Positions 19,027 through 28,433 of a stretch of DNA of 64,000 nucleotides are shown piece by piece. The notes below the pieces were generated by a model. It had not been told where the DNA came from, did no database searches, and saw only the letters and a list, made by a program, of their open reading frames with translations. The position numbers and the translations under genes are program-made. Source of the stretch: Thermoplasmata archaeon (lineage in GTDB: Archaea > Thermoplasmatota > Thermoplasmata > Lutacidiplasmatales > UBA184); NCBI GenBank assembly GCA_036404475.1, contig DASWZL010000107.1, forward strand, positions 77,001 through 141,000, read 5' to 3'. How positions within the stretch are numbered: position 1 is the first letter of the stretch; every line of letters starts with the position of its first letter.

Positions 19027-19761
19027 ATGCGGAAGGTGCGTGCGCGCTCGGTCGCGATGCCTCAACGTCGCCCCGCGTCCGGTCGGCGCACGGGAGTCGG
19101 CCGGCCGCGCGGGAACCGAGAGAAGCCCTCCCGGGACCACCGACGGATGCACGAGGCGTCGTGGTCGCGCGCCGACGCGGTGGCCGTGCTCGATTCGCCC
19201 GAACGTCGCTCGAGCCAGGACCCGGACCGCCTCTGGCGCCGGGTGGGCCTGAAACCGGGCGAAACCGTCGTCGACGTGGGGGCCGGATCGGGCTACTACA
19301 CGTTTCCTGCGGCCGCCGTGGTCGGTCCGAGCGGTCGGGTGTACGCGGTCGATGTCTCCCCAGAGCTCGTAGAGATGGTCCGGGAGAGAGCGGCCAGCCG
19401 AAAGGTCCGGAACGTCGAACCCCTCCTTTCGACCCCGACTCGCATTCCCATCGAGGATGCGGTGGCCGACGTGGCGATCCTCGCGAACGTCCTCCACGGG
19501 ATCCCCTCGTCGACGGTGGACGAAGCGGTCCGTCTGCTCCGTCCCGGAGGGCGGCTCGTGGACGTCGATTGGAAGAAGGAGCCCACTCCCGAGGGGCCGG
19601 CTGTGGGGCATCGCCTCACCGTCCCGGAGGCCACGGCGGCGCTATCCGCCCACGGGTTGACCCCGGTCGATTCCTTCGAGCTCGGTCCGTACCATTACGT
19701 CCTGGTCTTCGAACGTCCCCGGCCTCCCCGACTTCCCGGCCATCTCGTCTCCGCGGAGTGA
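19027..19761 (+). CDS. Class I SAM-dependent methyltransferase (start may be 19147)
   Basis: VVDVGAGSG, VYAVDVS, LLRPGGRL. Confidence 0.85.
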   Translation: MRKVRARSVAMPQRRPASGRRTGVGRPRGNREKPSRDHRRMHEASWSRADAVAVLDSPERRSSQDPDRLWRRVGLKPGETVVDVGAGSGYYTFPAAAVVGPSGRVYAVDVSPELVEMVRERAASRKVRNVEPLLSTPTRIPIEDAVADVAILANVLHGIPSSTVDEAVRLLRPGGRLVDVDWKKEPTPEGPAVGHRLTVPEATAALSAHGLTPVDSFELGPYHYVLVFERPRPPRLPGHLVSAE

Positions 19762-19825
19762 GCGGACTCGCCATGTCACCTCGGCTTGACGCCTCGTTCT
19801 TCCGAGCCGAGATCTAGGTGGGGCG

Positions 19826-20248
19826 ATGCAAGCGGTCGCGACGTGGAGGAAGGGGCACGAGATCCTCCTCGAGGACGGCCGCACGCATTCGGTGGTCGTC
19901 GACCTCTCCCCCGACGAAGGGGGGACGAGCGCCGGAACTACCCCCCTCGAGCTTTCGCTGCTCGCGCTCGCCGGGAGCCTCGCTTCGACGTTCGTCGCGC
20001 TCGCGAGGAAGCGACACTTGGACTTCTCGGGGCTCACCCTGGTCCTCGAGGGCGACGCGCCGTCCCCGCCGGTGGCCATCGGAGGGGTCCACGGGACCCT
20101 GCGGTTGCGTAGCCACGCGGACCGAAGCGAGGTGGAAACGACCTTGCGCGACTCCCTCGAACTCTGCCCCGTCGGACGGATCTTCCGCGAAGCGCACGTG
20201 CCGGTCAACGTGATCGCGGTCGTCGCACCGTCGGTGCGCTCCCCCTAG
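19826..20248 (+). CDS. OsmC-family protein
   Basis: GGTSAGTTPLEL...LAGS, C-terminal CPVG. Confidence 0.8.
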   Translation: MQAVATWRKGHEILLEDGRTHSVVVDLSPDEGGTSAGTTPLELSLLALAGSLASTFVALARKRHLDFSGLTLVLEGDAPSPPVAIGGVHGTLRLRSHADRSEVETTLRDSLELCPVGRIFREAHVPVNVIAVVAPSVRSP

Positions 20249-20285
20249 GACCCGCGGACCTTCCCGACCCTTACCGGGTCGAGGT

Positions 20286-20846
20286 TCACGAATGGACGAG
20301 AGCCCGCACCAGGTCGTTCCGGGTGACGATGCCGACGAGGCGGTCTCCCCGCACCACCGGGATGCGGTTGATCTCGTTCTCGCGCATCATCTCAGCCGCG
20401 AGTTCGAGTGACGCGTCGGAGGCGATGGAAATCGGTGGGCTCGACATCGCGTCCCGGACGTTCGTTTCCTCGAGGATCCGACGGAGGACCTGGACGCTGA
20501 CCCCGGTCTCCTCCGAGAGACCGAACATCAGCAGGTCGAAGAGTCCGGTCACCTCGGGAATGCCGCCCGCGCTCTTCAGGGTCCGGGCGACGTCCCGCTG
20601 GCTGAGGACCCCCACGAGCGTCCCCACCTCGTCCAGGACCGGGAGCCCGGAGACTTTCTGTCCCCTCATGAGGACGAGCGCGTCCAGGAGCGTCGCGTCG
20701 GGCCCGACCGTGACCGGGTGTCGGCTCATCACATCACGAACGTCCACATTGATGGGGAACGAACGGGCGGAAGGGGCGCGGGAGCGGCTCGGGGAACGCC
20801 CGCGGGACGGGGGCGTCTTGCCCGTCGAACCAGCGGGAGAAGGCAT
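20286..20846 (-). CDS. CBS-domain pair protein
   Basis: VRDVMS..VSGLPVLD..LVGVLS; VRDAMS..INRIPVV..LVGIVTRND. Confidence 0.9.
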   Translation of the reverse strand: MPSPAGSTGKTPPSRGRSPSRSRAPSARSFPINVDVRDVMSRHPVTVGPDATLLDALVLMRGQKVSGLPVLDEVGTLVGVLSQRDVARTLKSAGGIPEVTGLFDLLMFGLSEETGVSVQVLRRILEETNVRDAMSSPPISIASDASLELAAEMMRENEINRIPVVRGDRLVGIVTRNDLVRALVHS

Positions 20847-21054
20847 GGGGAATACTATCCGTCGGAGGGGTATTTAGGAGATACCCTTCGTGGGAGGGGG
20901 ATAGTCGGCCCTGTCGTGCGTGGCTGGCGAGGTCCGGTCGATAGGGCCCGCCCACTCTTCGGCCTGATCGTCCCCGGTCTCTCGGAAAGGGCACGGCTCG
21001 CGGACCTCCGGCGGACGGTCGATGGCGGCGGCACGGGCCGAAAGGGCCCCCGGG

Positions 21055-21735
21055 TCAGCGGGCGGGGGCCGCCGACGGCGTCCGCGACCGTTCAAGCAAC
21101 CCTCGGACCTCCTCATCGCTCACCTGAGCGAACCGGTGATACCATTCCCCGACGGCGAAGAACGTAGCGGGGACCAGGAGCACCACGAGGTCATCGACCT
21201 CGGGTCGGAGGATGTCCACGGTGTCGGGCGGGGCGACCCCCAGCGCGAGTACGATCTGGCGAGGCTCGCGAGCCCGCACCGCCTGAAGGGCCGCGAGGAC
21301 CGTTCCTCCCGTGGCGACCCCGTCGTCGACCAGGATGACCGTACGGTTCCGGAGGTCGACCGGAGGGTGCCCGGCGCGGTACTCGCGGGCCCGGCGGTCG
21401 ACTTCGGCCGCCTCGCGGGCGATTGTGGGACCTAGGTCCCGTACCGTGTGACCGGCGGCGCGAATCCGTGGCTCGTCCAGGAAGCGAGTGCCCCCCTCGA
21501 CCACCGCACCGAGCCCGTACTCCGGGTTCGTCGGGGCCCCTACCTTCCGCACGATCAGGACGTCAAGCGGCGCCCCGAGACGGACAGCGATCTCGAACGC
21601 GACCGGTACGCCGCCGCGGGGAAGCGCGAGCACGACGGGGTCCTGGTCCCGGTAGGAAAGTAGGCGCTCGGCGAGGCGCTCTCCGGCCGTGCGACGGTCC
21701 GGGAGAGGCACTGGCGGGCCCTCCGTCTCGGTCAT
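21055..21735 (-). CDS. Phosphoribosyltransferase-family protein
   Basis: LPRGGVPV, VILVDDGVATGGT PRPP-binding loop. Confidence 0.9.
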   Translation of the reverse strand: MTETEGPPVPLPDRRTAGERLAERLLSYRDQDPVVLALPRGGVPVAFEIAVRLGAPLDVLIVRKVGAPTNPEYGLGAVVEGGTRFLDEPRIRAAGHTVRDLGPTIAREAAEVDRRAREYRAGHPPVDLRNRTVILVDDGVATGGTVLAALQAVRAREPRQIVLALGVAPPDTVDILRPEVDDLVVLLVPATFFAVGEWYHRFAQVSDEEVRGLLERSRTPSAAPAR

Positions 21736-21828
21736 GGCCCACTTCTCCGGTGCAGACCGCTGCTCCGATTAACCCCACGGTAGACCCGGGTTACCCACGG
21801 AGGAAAGGGAACGCCGGAGGCCTCGGGT

Positions 21829-22368
21829 TCAGATCGACTCCAGCTTCGACTCTCGGGCCATGAACCGATCGGCGTCCTCGGCCGCCGGGGGACCGGCGTC
21901 GACGGTCGGCCCAAGTCGCCGTCGGTCGATCTCGATCACTCGGTTGTGGAGCCACTCGAACTCGTGAAAGATGAGCGGGTCGTTCATCGCCTTCCTCAGG
22001 TCGCCGATCATGTCCACCGGGTTCCGCAGGGCCCAGTAGTACGCCGTGACCCAGCCTCCGAAGGCCTCCCAGACCAGGTCGTCGTGGAGCACCTTGCGAT
22101 GCGTGAGCGTTCCGACGAGCTCGAAGAATGTGATGACCTCGAGGTTCGAGATGTCCTGATGCGCTTGCTTGAGGATGCGTTCGCTCAAGTGTCGGCGGGC
22201 GGCCCGCATCCGCGGACTGTCGAACCGCTCCCTCAGGTTCATGACCGCGTTCGCCGAGTTCAGCTTCTGCGCCTGGAGGGTCTGCCAGAGCATCAACAGG
22301 AGAGTGCCCACGACGAGGACCCAGGTCCCGACGAGCGACCAGACGGCGATGTTGGTCCAATCGACCAT
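21829..22368 (-). CDS. DUF4760-like membrane-anchored protein
   Basis: N-terminal TM; FFELVG...EFEWL pattern. Confidence 0.65.
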   Translation of the reverse strand: MVDWTNIAVWSLVGTWVLVVGTLLLMLWQTLQAQKLNSANAVMNLRERFDSPRMRAARRHLSERILKQAHQDISNLEVITFFELVGTLTHRKVLHDDLVWEAFGGWVTAYYWALRNPVDMIGDLRKAMNDPLIFHEFEWLHNRVIEIDRRRLGPTVDAGPPAAEDADRFMARESKLESI

Positions 22369-22665
22369 CGACCGACCGCTCCGACCTCCCCTGCGGCGGA
22401 CCCCTTCCCACGACCATGGCCAAGAGCTTTTGGGGTCCCCTCGACGGCTCGGTTAGAGAGCGGTCTGCGGTGCTGAGTCACCGGAGCCACCGCTCGGGCG
22501 TGTCGGAAGCCGTCGTCCGGCTCGTCTCCGCCGGCATTGGCCGGTTCCTGTCCTTCTCAGGAGGGGAAGCGTCCAGTTCGGCTCATCCGGGGTGCTCTGG
22601 CGTGGGTCCCCAGATTCCCGACCGCCTCGGACGCTTCCCGGGGGCGGACCGCAGCCGCCGCGGTC

Positions 22666-23217
22666 CTACGCGTCGCCGTATCGGGGGTTCCGCCCCGGAC
22701 GCTCATCGCGCGCGAACGCCGCCTCAGCCTCGGCTTGCTTGGCCTCCATCTCTTCGCGGGGCATCTTGACCCGGCTCGAGAGGGTCCAGTGGTGGCCGAA
22801 CGGGTCGATGAGTCGACCGTACCGCTCGCCCCAGTATTGGTTCTCGAGCGGCATGCTGACCTGGGCTCCCGCGGCTACGGCTCGGTCCCACAGGGCGTCG
22901 ACATTCTCCGAGTAGATGTGGAGGACCACGGTCGTGGTACCAATGGCGGAAGGGGCCGCCGTTTCGGAATCCGGGAAGACGTCCGAGAGGAAGATCATCG
23001 AGTCCCCGATCCGCATCTGGCCGTGGATGAGCTTCCCGTTCGGGGTGACGCGCTGGACGAGTTCGTGGGCGCCAAACGCCTTCTTGTAGAATTCGATGGC
23101 GGCAAGGCCTCCCGCTACCGAGAGGTACGCCGTCACTGTCCCGAATCCGGGCGGGATCGGAGTGGGGTTGTCGGGTGGCTTCGAACGAGCCTTGGCTTTC
23201 TGCTTCGAAGGAGGCAT
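22666..23217 (-). CDS. VOC/glyoxalase (PhnB-like) protein
   Basis: AAIEFYKKAFGA, HGQMRIGDS, YWGERYGRLIDPFGHHW. Confidence 0.9.
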   Translation of the reverse strand: MPPSKQKAKARSKPPDNPTPIPPGFGTVTAYLSVAGGLAAIEFYKKAFGAHELVQRVTPNGKLIHGQMRIGDSMIFLSDVFPDSETAAPSAIGTTTVVLHIYSENVDALWDRAVAAGAQVSMPLENQYWGERYGRLIDPFGHHWTLSSRVKMPREEMEAKQAEAEAAFARDERPGRNPRYGDA

Positions 23218-23321
23218 GGGGGTCCCTCGTGGGGACGGTGTACTCCTACATAAGTCTCCAAGCCCGGGGGTCCCGCGAGCTCCATCGGTTCGACCCGGGC
23301 CCGGGTCGTTCCGAACGAGGG

Positions 23322-23549
23322 CTAGCTGGAGTGCGCTTTGCGCGTGTGCTCCTGCAGCGCCGCCGTCGTGGTGAACCGCTGGCGGCATAGGGAGCATTTG
23401 ACGGTCCGGGGATGCACGGACTCCTCCGGGGCGTTCACCGCCGACGCGTGGGCCTCTTTGCGGTGGTCCTCGAGCGCGTCCTCGGAACGGAACGCGCGTC
23501 CGCAGTCCCGGCAGATCGCCTCGACCTCGTCGTACTCCACGTACGGCAT
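23322..23549 (-). CDS. Tandem C2H2 zinc-finger protein
   Basis: Two C-x2-C-x12-H-x4-H units with conserved F and L. Confidence 0.85.
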   Translation of the reverse strand: MPYVEYDEVEAICRDCGRAFRSEDALEDHRKEAHASAVNAPEESVHPRTVKCSLCRQRFTTTAALQEHTRKAHSS

Positions 23550-23972
23550 AATCTGCGAGATTCCACCCCTTCTCATGCGCCGGGAAGCGGCGGCCCCGGC
23601 GTGTGGGTCGGAGTACCCTAACGCACTCCTGCCTATGAAGGGAGAGGGAGCGGGCCTCCACGCCGAGGACCGACCTAGGCGTCGTTAGCCTCGGAGGGGG
23701 TCGACCAGCAAGCGGCCGCACGCCCCCGTCGCCCGCAGCTGGTTCGCCCGGCCGCAGCCACGCGATGTCGCCGTAGGTCCAGAGTTGGGCGTACCGTTCG
23801 TAGGGGGAGGCGCGCGCTCGGCCATGGACGTGGGTAAGGGGGACGCCCACAAAGAACCGAAGGGACGACTGCGTGCCCGGTCGGCCGGCGGTCCCTACCC
23901 CCGTGCTCGAGGGTCCAGACATAAGAGGGGTCTATCCCTTTGGGATGGGAAGGGGCTCGCTCGAAACCGTCG

Positions 23973-24644
23973 ATGACCACACGCAACTCCGGGAAGCGGC
24001 GGTGGGGGACCCCGGACCTCGACCTGAGCTCGGGGCTCCGGTTCGCGCTCCGCCGTGAGGTCCAGTTGCCCGTGGACCCCGGACCGCGCGTAGCGGCGGC
24101 CGCCCATGCCGTTCTGGGTGAGGCCGGATTCGAACCCGTTCGAAGGTTGGGTCCCTCGGGGAGTTCGAACGGCGCTCCTCTCGTCGATGTGGGCGCCTGG
24201 GTAGGCGAGCGGGGGGTCCGACGGAGGGGGGGTACTGCTTCGACGGCCGTGGTCCCCATGATCACCGTATTCGTCGCCGGGTGCATTCTGGGAGGGATCG
24301 ATGCCTACATCCTGGGCTCCCTGGTGGCCGGGCTGCTCTGGGCGCTCGCTGCGGCGGCGGTCTCCGGCGCCTTCTGGCTACGGTACGGGAGGATCTACGA
24401 CAGCGACCTCGCCATGGTCACGCGTTCGAATCCGCTCTCGGAATCGCCAGCTAGCCCGGGGTCGGTTTCCGTCGTATTCTGGGCCGCGCGCGTGCGGTCG
24501 CAGATCCATTCCGGCGTTCGAATCCCAATCATCGTGAGCGCCCCCATGCGACTGGCCACAGAGATAGGGGCCGTGTCACGAGAGTTTCAGCGAAGGATGT
24601 CGGAACCCGTGGGCGGGGAAAGCTCCCGAACGGTCCCGTCCTAG
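23973..24644 (+). CDS. Hypothetical protein with two TM helices
   Basis: Hydrophobic hairpin in mid-protein; start uncertain. Confidence 0.5.
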   Translation: MTTRNSGKRRWGTPDLDLSSGLRFALRREVQLPVDPGPRVAAAAHAVLGEAGFEPVRRLGPSGSSNGAPLVDVGAWVGERGVRRRGGTASTAVVPMITVFVAGCILGGIDAYILGSLVAGLLWALAAAAVSGAFWLRYGRIYDSDLAMVTRSNPLSESPASPGSVSVVFWAARVRSQIHSGVRIPIIVSAPMRLATEIGAVSREFQRRMSEPVGGESSRTVPS

Positions 24645-25066
24645 GACCGCCGCGGGACGCGGGCTCGTCGGCGGGGGCGCGCGGGACCGAACGCCTCGAG
24701 GCAGACTCCGTTCGGGTCGTTGACGTACACGAGCCGGCTCTTTCCATCGACGAAGTCCTCGACGCTCTTCCCGCCGGCGCGCAAGGCCCTTCGGGACCAG
24801 GCGGCGACGTCCGAGACGTAGAAGCCGAAGTGATCGAACTCCGTACCTTTCCGGAACGGTTCGTAGAACCGGTTACCCTTCGGATAGAAGTTCAGCTCGA
24901 GCGCGTGACGGGAGCCGGGGAAGACCAGGTGGACCCACTGGCCTCCGTGTCCCATCCGACCCCTCGTCCGAACGCGGAACCCGAGGGCCCGGTAGAACGT
25001 GAGCGAACGACGAAGGTCTCGGACTCGGATCCCCGAGTAGAGGAACTGCACGGGACGGCGCGCCAT
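24641..25066 (-). CDS. VOC/glyoxalase family protein
   Basis: GIRVRDLRRSLTFY, LELNFY, FDHFGF, DPNGVCLE. Confidence 0.88.
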   Translation of the reverse strand: MARRPVQFLYSGIRVRDLRRSLTFYRALGFRVRTRGRMGHGGQWVHLVFPGSRHALELNFYPKGNRFYEPFRKGTEFDHFGFYVSDVAAWSRRALRAGGKSVEDFVDGKSRLVYVNDPNGVCLEAFGPARPRRRARVPRRS

Positions 25067-25216
25067 GGTCCCCGAGAGCGCCCTCGGCTTATCCCTTTGT
25101 CCGGGAGGATCCGGACCGGCTTCGACCGGTTTCCAAGCCGGCGAGGTCGCGTCGGCTCAAATACGGGAGGACGTTGCGGCCACCGCTCCTCGGTGCCCCG
25201 GCGGAGCAGGAACCTC

Positions 25217-27001
25217 GTGGTCGGTTCGGAACGGTCGGCAACGGAAGCCCTTCGGACCTATCTCGAGGAGGACTGGAAGCGTTGGCTCGTCGAGTACCCC
25301 GAGCTCGCTACCAGCTTCGGATTCCCGGGGCTCGACGACCGTTGGACGGACGATTCTCCGGCGGGGATCGAACGACGGAAGCGGCACCTCTTGGAAAGCG
25401 CCGCGTCCCTGCGGCGCCTCGATGCGAGCTCGCTCCCCGCGAAGGGACGGACGAGCTACGACCTCTACCGGGAGCTTCTCGAGGCCGCCGAGCGCGGTCT
25501 CCCGCTCGGACTCGACCCGTTGCCGTTCCATCTCGGAATGCCCCATAGCCTCCTCGTCCCCCTGAACCAGATGGAAGGAATCCATCTCACCGCTTCCGAC
25601 ACTCTCGATATCCAACCCCGGGAGCGCCTCTCCGACTACGAGAACATCCTGACCCGCCTGAACGCGCTCGCGGAGCCGGTCGAGCAGAACCTCGCCCTCC
25701 TCGAGGCCGGTCGCCAGCAGGGGTTCACTCCTCACCGGGTCGCGATCCGGGGCGCGCCCGACCAGGTCCGCGGACTGATCCCGACCGACCCGATGGCGAG
25801 TCCGCTCCTCCGGGCGTTCACCGAACTGCCCAGCCGTATCGGGGAGGCCGACCGCCAGCGACTGGTTGCCGCCGCGAAGGAGGCCTACTCGGACCGGATC
25901 GTCCCCGCGTTCGAGCGGCTCCACGAGTACCTGGTCTCGACGTACCTCCCTGCCTGTCGCGACACACCGGGCGCGTCGGCCCTTCCGAACGGGGCGGCCC
26001 TCTACGCTCACCTCGTGCGCTGGGAAACGACTACCGGACTGACCCCCCAGGAGATCCACGAGATCGGTCAGCGGGAGGTTCGACGGCTGCGCTCGGCGAT
26101 GGAAGAGCTGATCGCGAAGACCGGGTTCTCTGGGACGTTCTCCGAGTTCCTAAAGTTCCTGCGAACGGACGACCGATTCTTCTTTACGAATGCCGAAGCG
26201 CTGCTCGATGCCTACCGGGTCATCGCCAAGAAGACCGACCCCGGGTTGGCGCGGCTGTTCGGCCGGCTTCCCCGCCTCCCGTACGGAGTGCTGCCCGTCC
26301 CGGATTTCCGCGCGAAAAGCTCTCCGACCGCCTACTACATGTCCGGCGCGCCGGCCACCGGCCGCGCGGGAACCTTCTTCGCGAACACCTTCGATCTCCA
26401 CTCCCGCCCTCGGTGGGAGATGGAGGCCCTCTGCCTGCACGAGGCGGTCCCCGGCCACCACCTCCAGATCACGTTGGCCCAGGAGGTCGAGGACCTCCCC
26501 GATTTCCGGCGCTTCACTGGGCCCACGGCGTTCGTCGAAGGGTGGGGACTGTACGCGGAGAGCCTCGGAGAGGAGCTCGGCCACTACCACGACCCGTACT
26601 CGAAGATGGGCCAGTACACGTACGACATGTGGCGCTCGATCCGCCTGGTCGTCGATACGGGAATCCACGCGCTCGGTTGGACGCGGGACGACGCGATCCG
26701 CTTCTTCCGGGAGAACGCCGGCAAGAGCGAGGTCGATATCGCCGTCGAGGTCGACCGGTACATCGTCTGGCCGGCCCAGGCGCTGGCCTACAAGGTCGGA
26801 CAGCTCAAGATCCGCGAGCTACGAACGTATGCGGAGCAAGCGCTCGGGGACCGATTCGACACCCGAGCGTTCCACGACTGCGTGCTCGAGGAAGGGGCCA
26901 TCCCGCTCGGGATGCTCGAGTCGCGGGTGAAGCAGTGGGTCGCCGCCCGAGCGGCGCCGCCCGGCGTGCCGGCCACGTCCGCGGGCGCGCCTCATCGTTG
27001 A
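25217..27001 (+). CDS. DUF885 family protein (putative metallopeptidase)
   Basis: HEAVPGHHLQ, AFVEGWGLYAE, RLVVDTGIH, QALAYKVG; GTG start inferred. Confidence 0.9.
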   Translation: MVGSERSATEALRTYLEEDWKRWLVEYPELATSFGFPGLDDRWTDDSPAGIERRKRHLLESAASLRRLDASSLPAKGRTSYDLYRELLEAAERGLPLGLDPLPFHLGMPHSLLVPLNQMEGIHLTASDTLDIQPRERLSDYENILTRLNALAEPVEQNLALLEAGRQQGFTPHRVAIRGAPDQVRGLIPTDPMASPLLRAFTELPSRIGEADRQRLVAAAKEAYSDRIVPAFERLHEYLVSTYLPACRDTPGASALPNGAALYAHLVRWETTTGLTPQEIHEIGQREVRRLRSAMEELIAKTGFSGTFSEFLKFLRTDDRFFFTNAEALLDAYRVIAKKTDPGLARLFGRLPRLPYGVLPVPDFRAKSSPTAYYMSGAPATGRAGTFFANTFDLHSRPRWEMEALCLHEAVPGHHLQITLAQEVEDLPDFRRFTGPTAFVEGWGLYAESLGEELGHYHDPYSKMGQYTYDMWRSIRLVVDTGIHALGWTRDDAIRFFRENAGKSEVDIAVEVDRYIVWPAQALAYKVGQLKIRELRTYAEQALGDRFDTRAFHDCVLEEGAIPLGMLESRVKQWVAARAAPPGVPATSAGAPHR

Positions 27002-27010
27002 GGCGCCCTC

Positions 27011-27367
27011 ATGGAGTTCGACCGATGGACGGTGCTCTTCCTGCTGCGTCGGGAAGATGCGCCCGAGCTCGACGAGGCGACGAGCGACGCGGTCCAGGAC
27101 GCTCACCTCGCCTACCTCGCGGCGCTGCATGCCGACGGGAGACTCCTCGCGGCCGGGCCCGTTCAAGGGCCGGCCGGCACGAAGGTGGCGGGGGTTTGCA
27201 TCTTCCGAGGGGAGGTCGAGGAGGTCCGTTCCCTCGGCGAAGCTGACCCCGCCGTTCGGGCGGGGCGGTTTCGCATCGACGTCGTCTCGTGGTCCGTGCC
27301 CCACGGTACCATCGCGTTCGCGCCCGCCCGGTTCCCTCGTTCGATGGCCGACGTCGACGCGACTTGA
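27011..27367 (+). CDS. YciI-family protein
   Basis: AHLAYL...LAAGP...ADPAVRAG. Confidence 0.82.
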   Translation: MEFDRWTVLFLLRREDAPELDEATSDAVQDAHLAYLAALHADGRLLAAGPVQGPAGTKVAGVCIFRGEVEEVRSLGEADPAVRAGRFRIDVVSWSVPHGTIAFAPARFPRSMADVDAT

Positions 27368-27399
27368 GGGAACGCGGGGCCGGGTCCTCCCCGATACAA

Positions 27400-28176
27400 C
27401 TACGGGGTGAGGGACCTGGGTCGCAGGGCGCTTTCCAGGAGTTTCTTCTCGATGATCGCGAGCGCCTCCGATATCCCTGACTTGCTCCGACCGAGTCGCC
27501 GCGCGAGGTCCGTCAGCGTGATCCCACGGGGGACCGCGAAGTAGCCGGCCGCCATCGCTTGGGTCAGGAGCTCTTGCTGGGCGTCCGTGAGGAACGGCAG
27601 GTGGCTTCGCAGAGGGCGGTCGCGGATGGAGACCACCTGAAAGTCCGGGTCGACCTCCCGGGCGTGCTTGAGGACCGCCTCGAACTCGGAGCGCCGTGCC
27701 ACGACCTCCCAGTTTAGGAAGCCCCCTTGGATGCGGAGGGGGAATTGCATGGGTAGCCCGAGCATCCGATAGACGTAGACGATGGGCGGGCTAGAGTACG
27801 TAATCCGGTACAGACAACCGTTGCCGACCTCGGCCAGGCTGTCGACCTTTCGCACGTCGGGGTACTCGGCGATCTCTCGGGCCCACACGCCGGGTGGGCC
27901 TCCACTGATCCAGTGATCCGAAACCGACACGTGCTCGGTCAGGTCCGAGCGGTTCAGGATCTCTATGGTAAGGCTCGGATGGGCCCGGGAGAACGGACCC
28001 GTCCAGAGCCCCTTCCTCTGAATCCGGATGCGCAGCGTTGCGAGGAGGAGGCGATCGCCGGACGGGACGTTCCCCGCCCCCCGGAGGCCCCGCAGCCGGG
28101 CGGCACTGCCGTTTCGTGACTTGCCCGACGCACGGTCGCCCTGCTCGCCTTGTGGCAAACGGCTCCGTGGGACCAC
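27400..28176 (-). CDS. Bacterio-opsin activator-type HTH_10 transcriptional regulator (start uncertain)
   Basis: LTDAQQELL..AMAAGYFAVPRGITLTDLARRLGRSKS...EKKL. Confidence 0.85.
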   Translation of the reverse strand: MVPRSRLPQGEQGDRASGKSRNGSAARLRGLRGAGNVPSGDRLLLATLRIRIQRKGLWTGPFSRAHPSLTIEILNRSDLTEHVSVSDHWISGGPPGVWAREIAEYPDVRKVDSLAEVGNGCLYRITYSSPPIVYVYRMLGLPMQFPLRIQGGFLNWEVVARRSEFEAVLKHAREVDPDFQVVSIRDRPLRSHLPFLTDAQQELLTQAMAAGYFAVPRGITLTDLARRLGRSKSGISEALAIIEKKLLESALRPRSLTP

Positions 28177-28433
28177 TTTCCTCAACCCTCGGCTCGCCCG
28201 ACCCACCGACACTTTGGTCGGTATGGAATCGGTTGGAAAGTAATAAACAGAGGGGGAGAACCCCGACGGGCACTTCCCGGCTAGGCGGCGGGGATACGAG
28301 GGCGAGGCCCCGGAACCCTCCGAAACGCACGAGAGCCCCTCCGAACCCATTCGGAAGCCCGAACTCGTTCGGGAATACGCCTTGACCTACGAGAGAGTTC
28401 GGGAGATTGAACCGGGATGGTCCGGAGCTGTAG

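Noticed and set aside
22666..23922. 418-aa ORF suggesting an N-terminally extended glyoxalase
   Set aside because: The extension overlaps the C2H2 gene in another frame; ATG 23217 gives a normal VOC protein. A separate small product from 23580-23922 cannot be excluded
28320..28403. Repeats considered as a CRISPR array or Gram-positive LexA boxes
   Set aside because: No repeat-spacer periodicity or cas genes; spacing differs from CGAAC-N4-GTTCG and the host is archaeal
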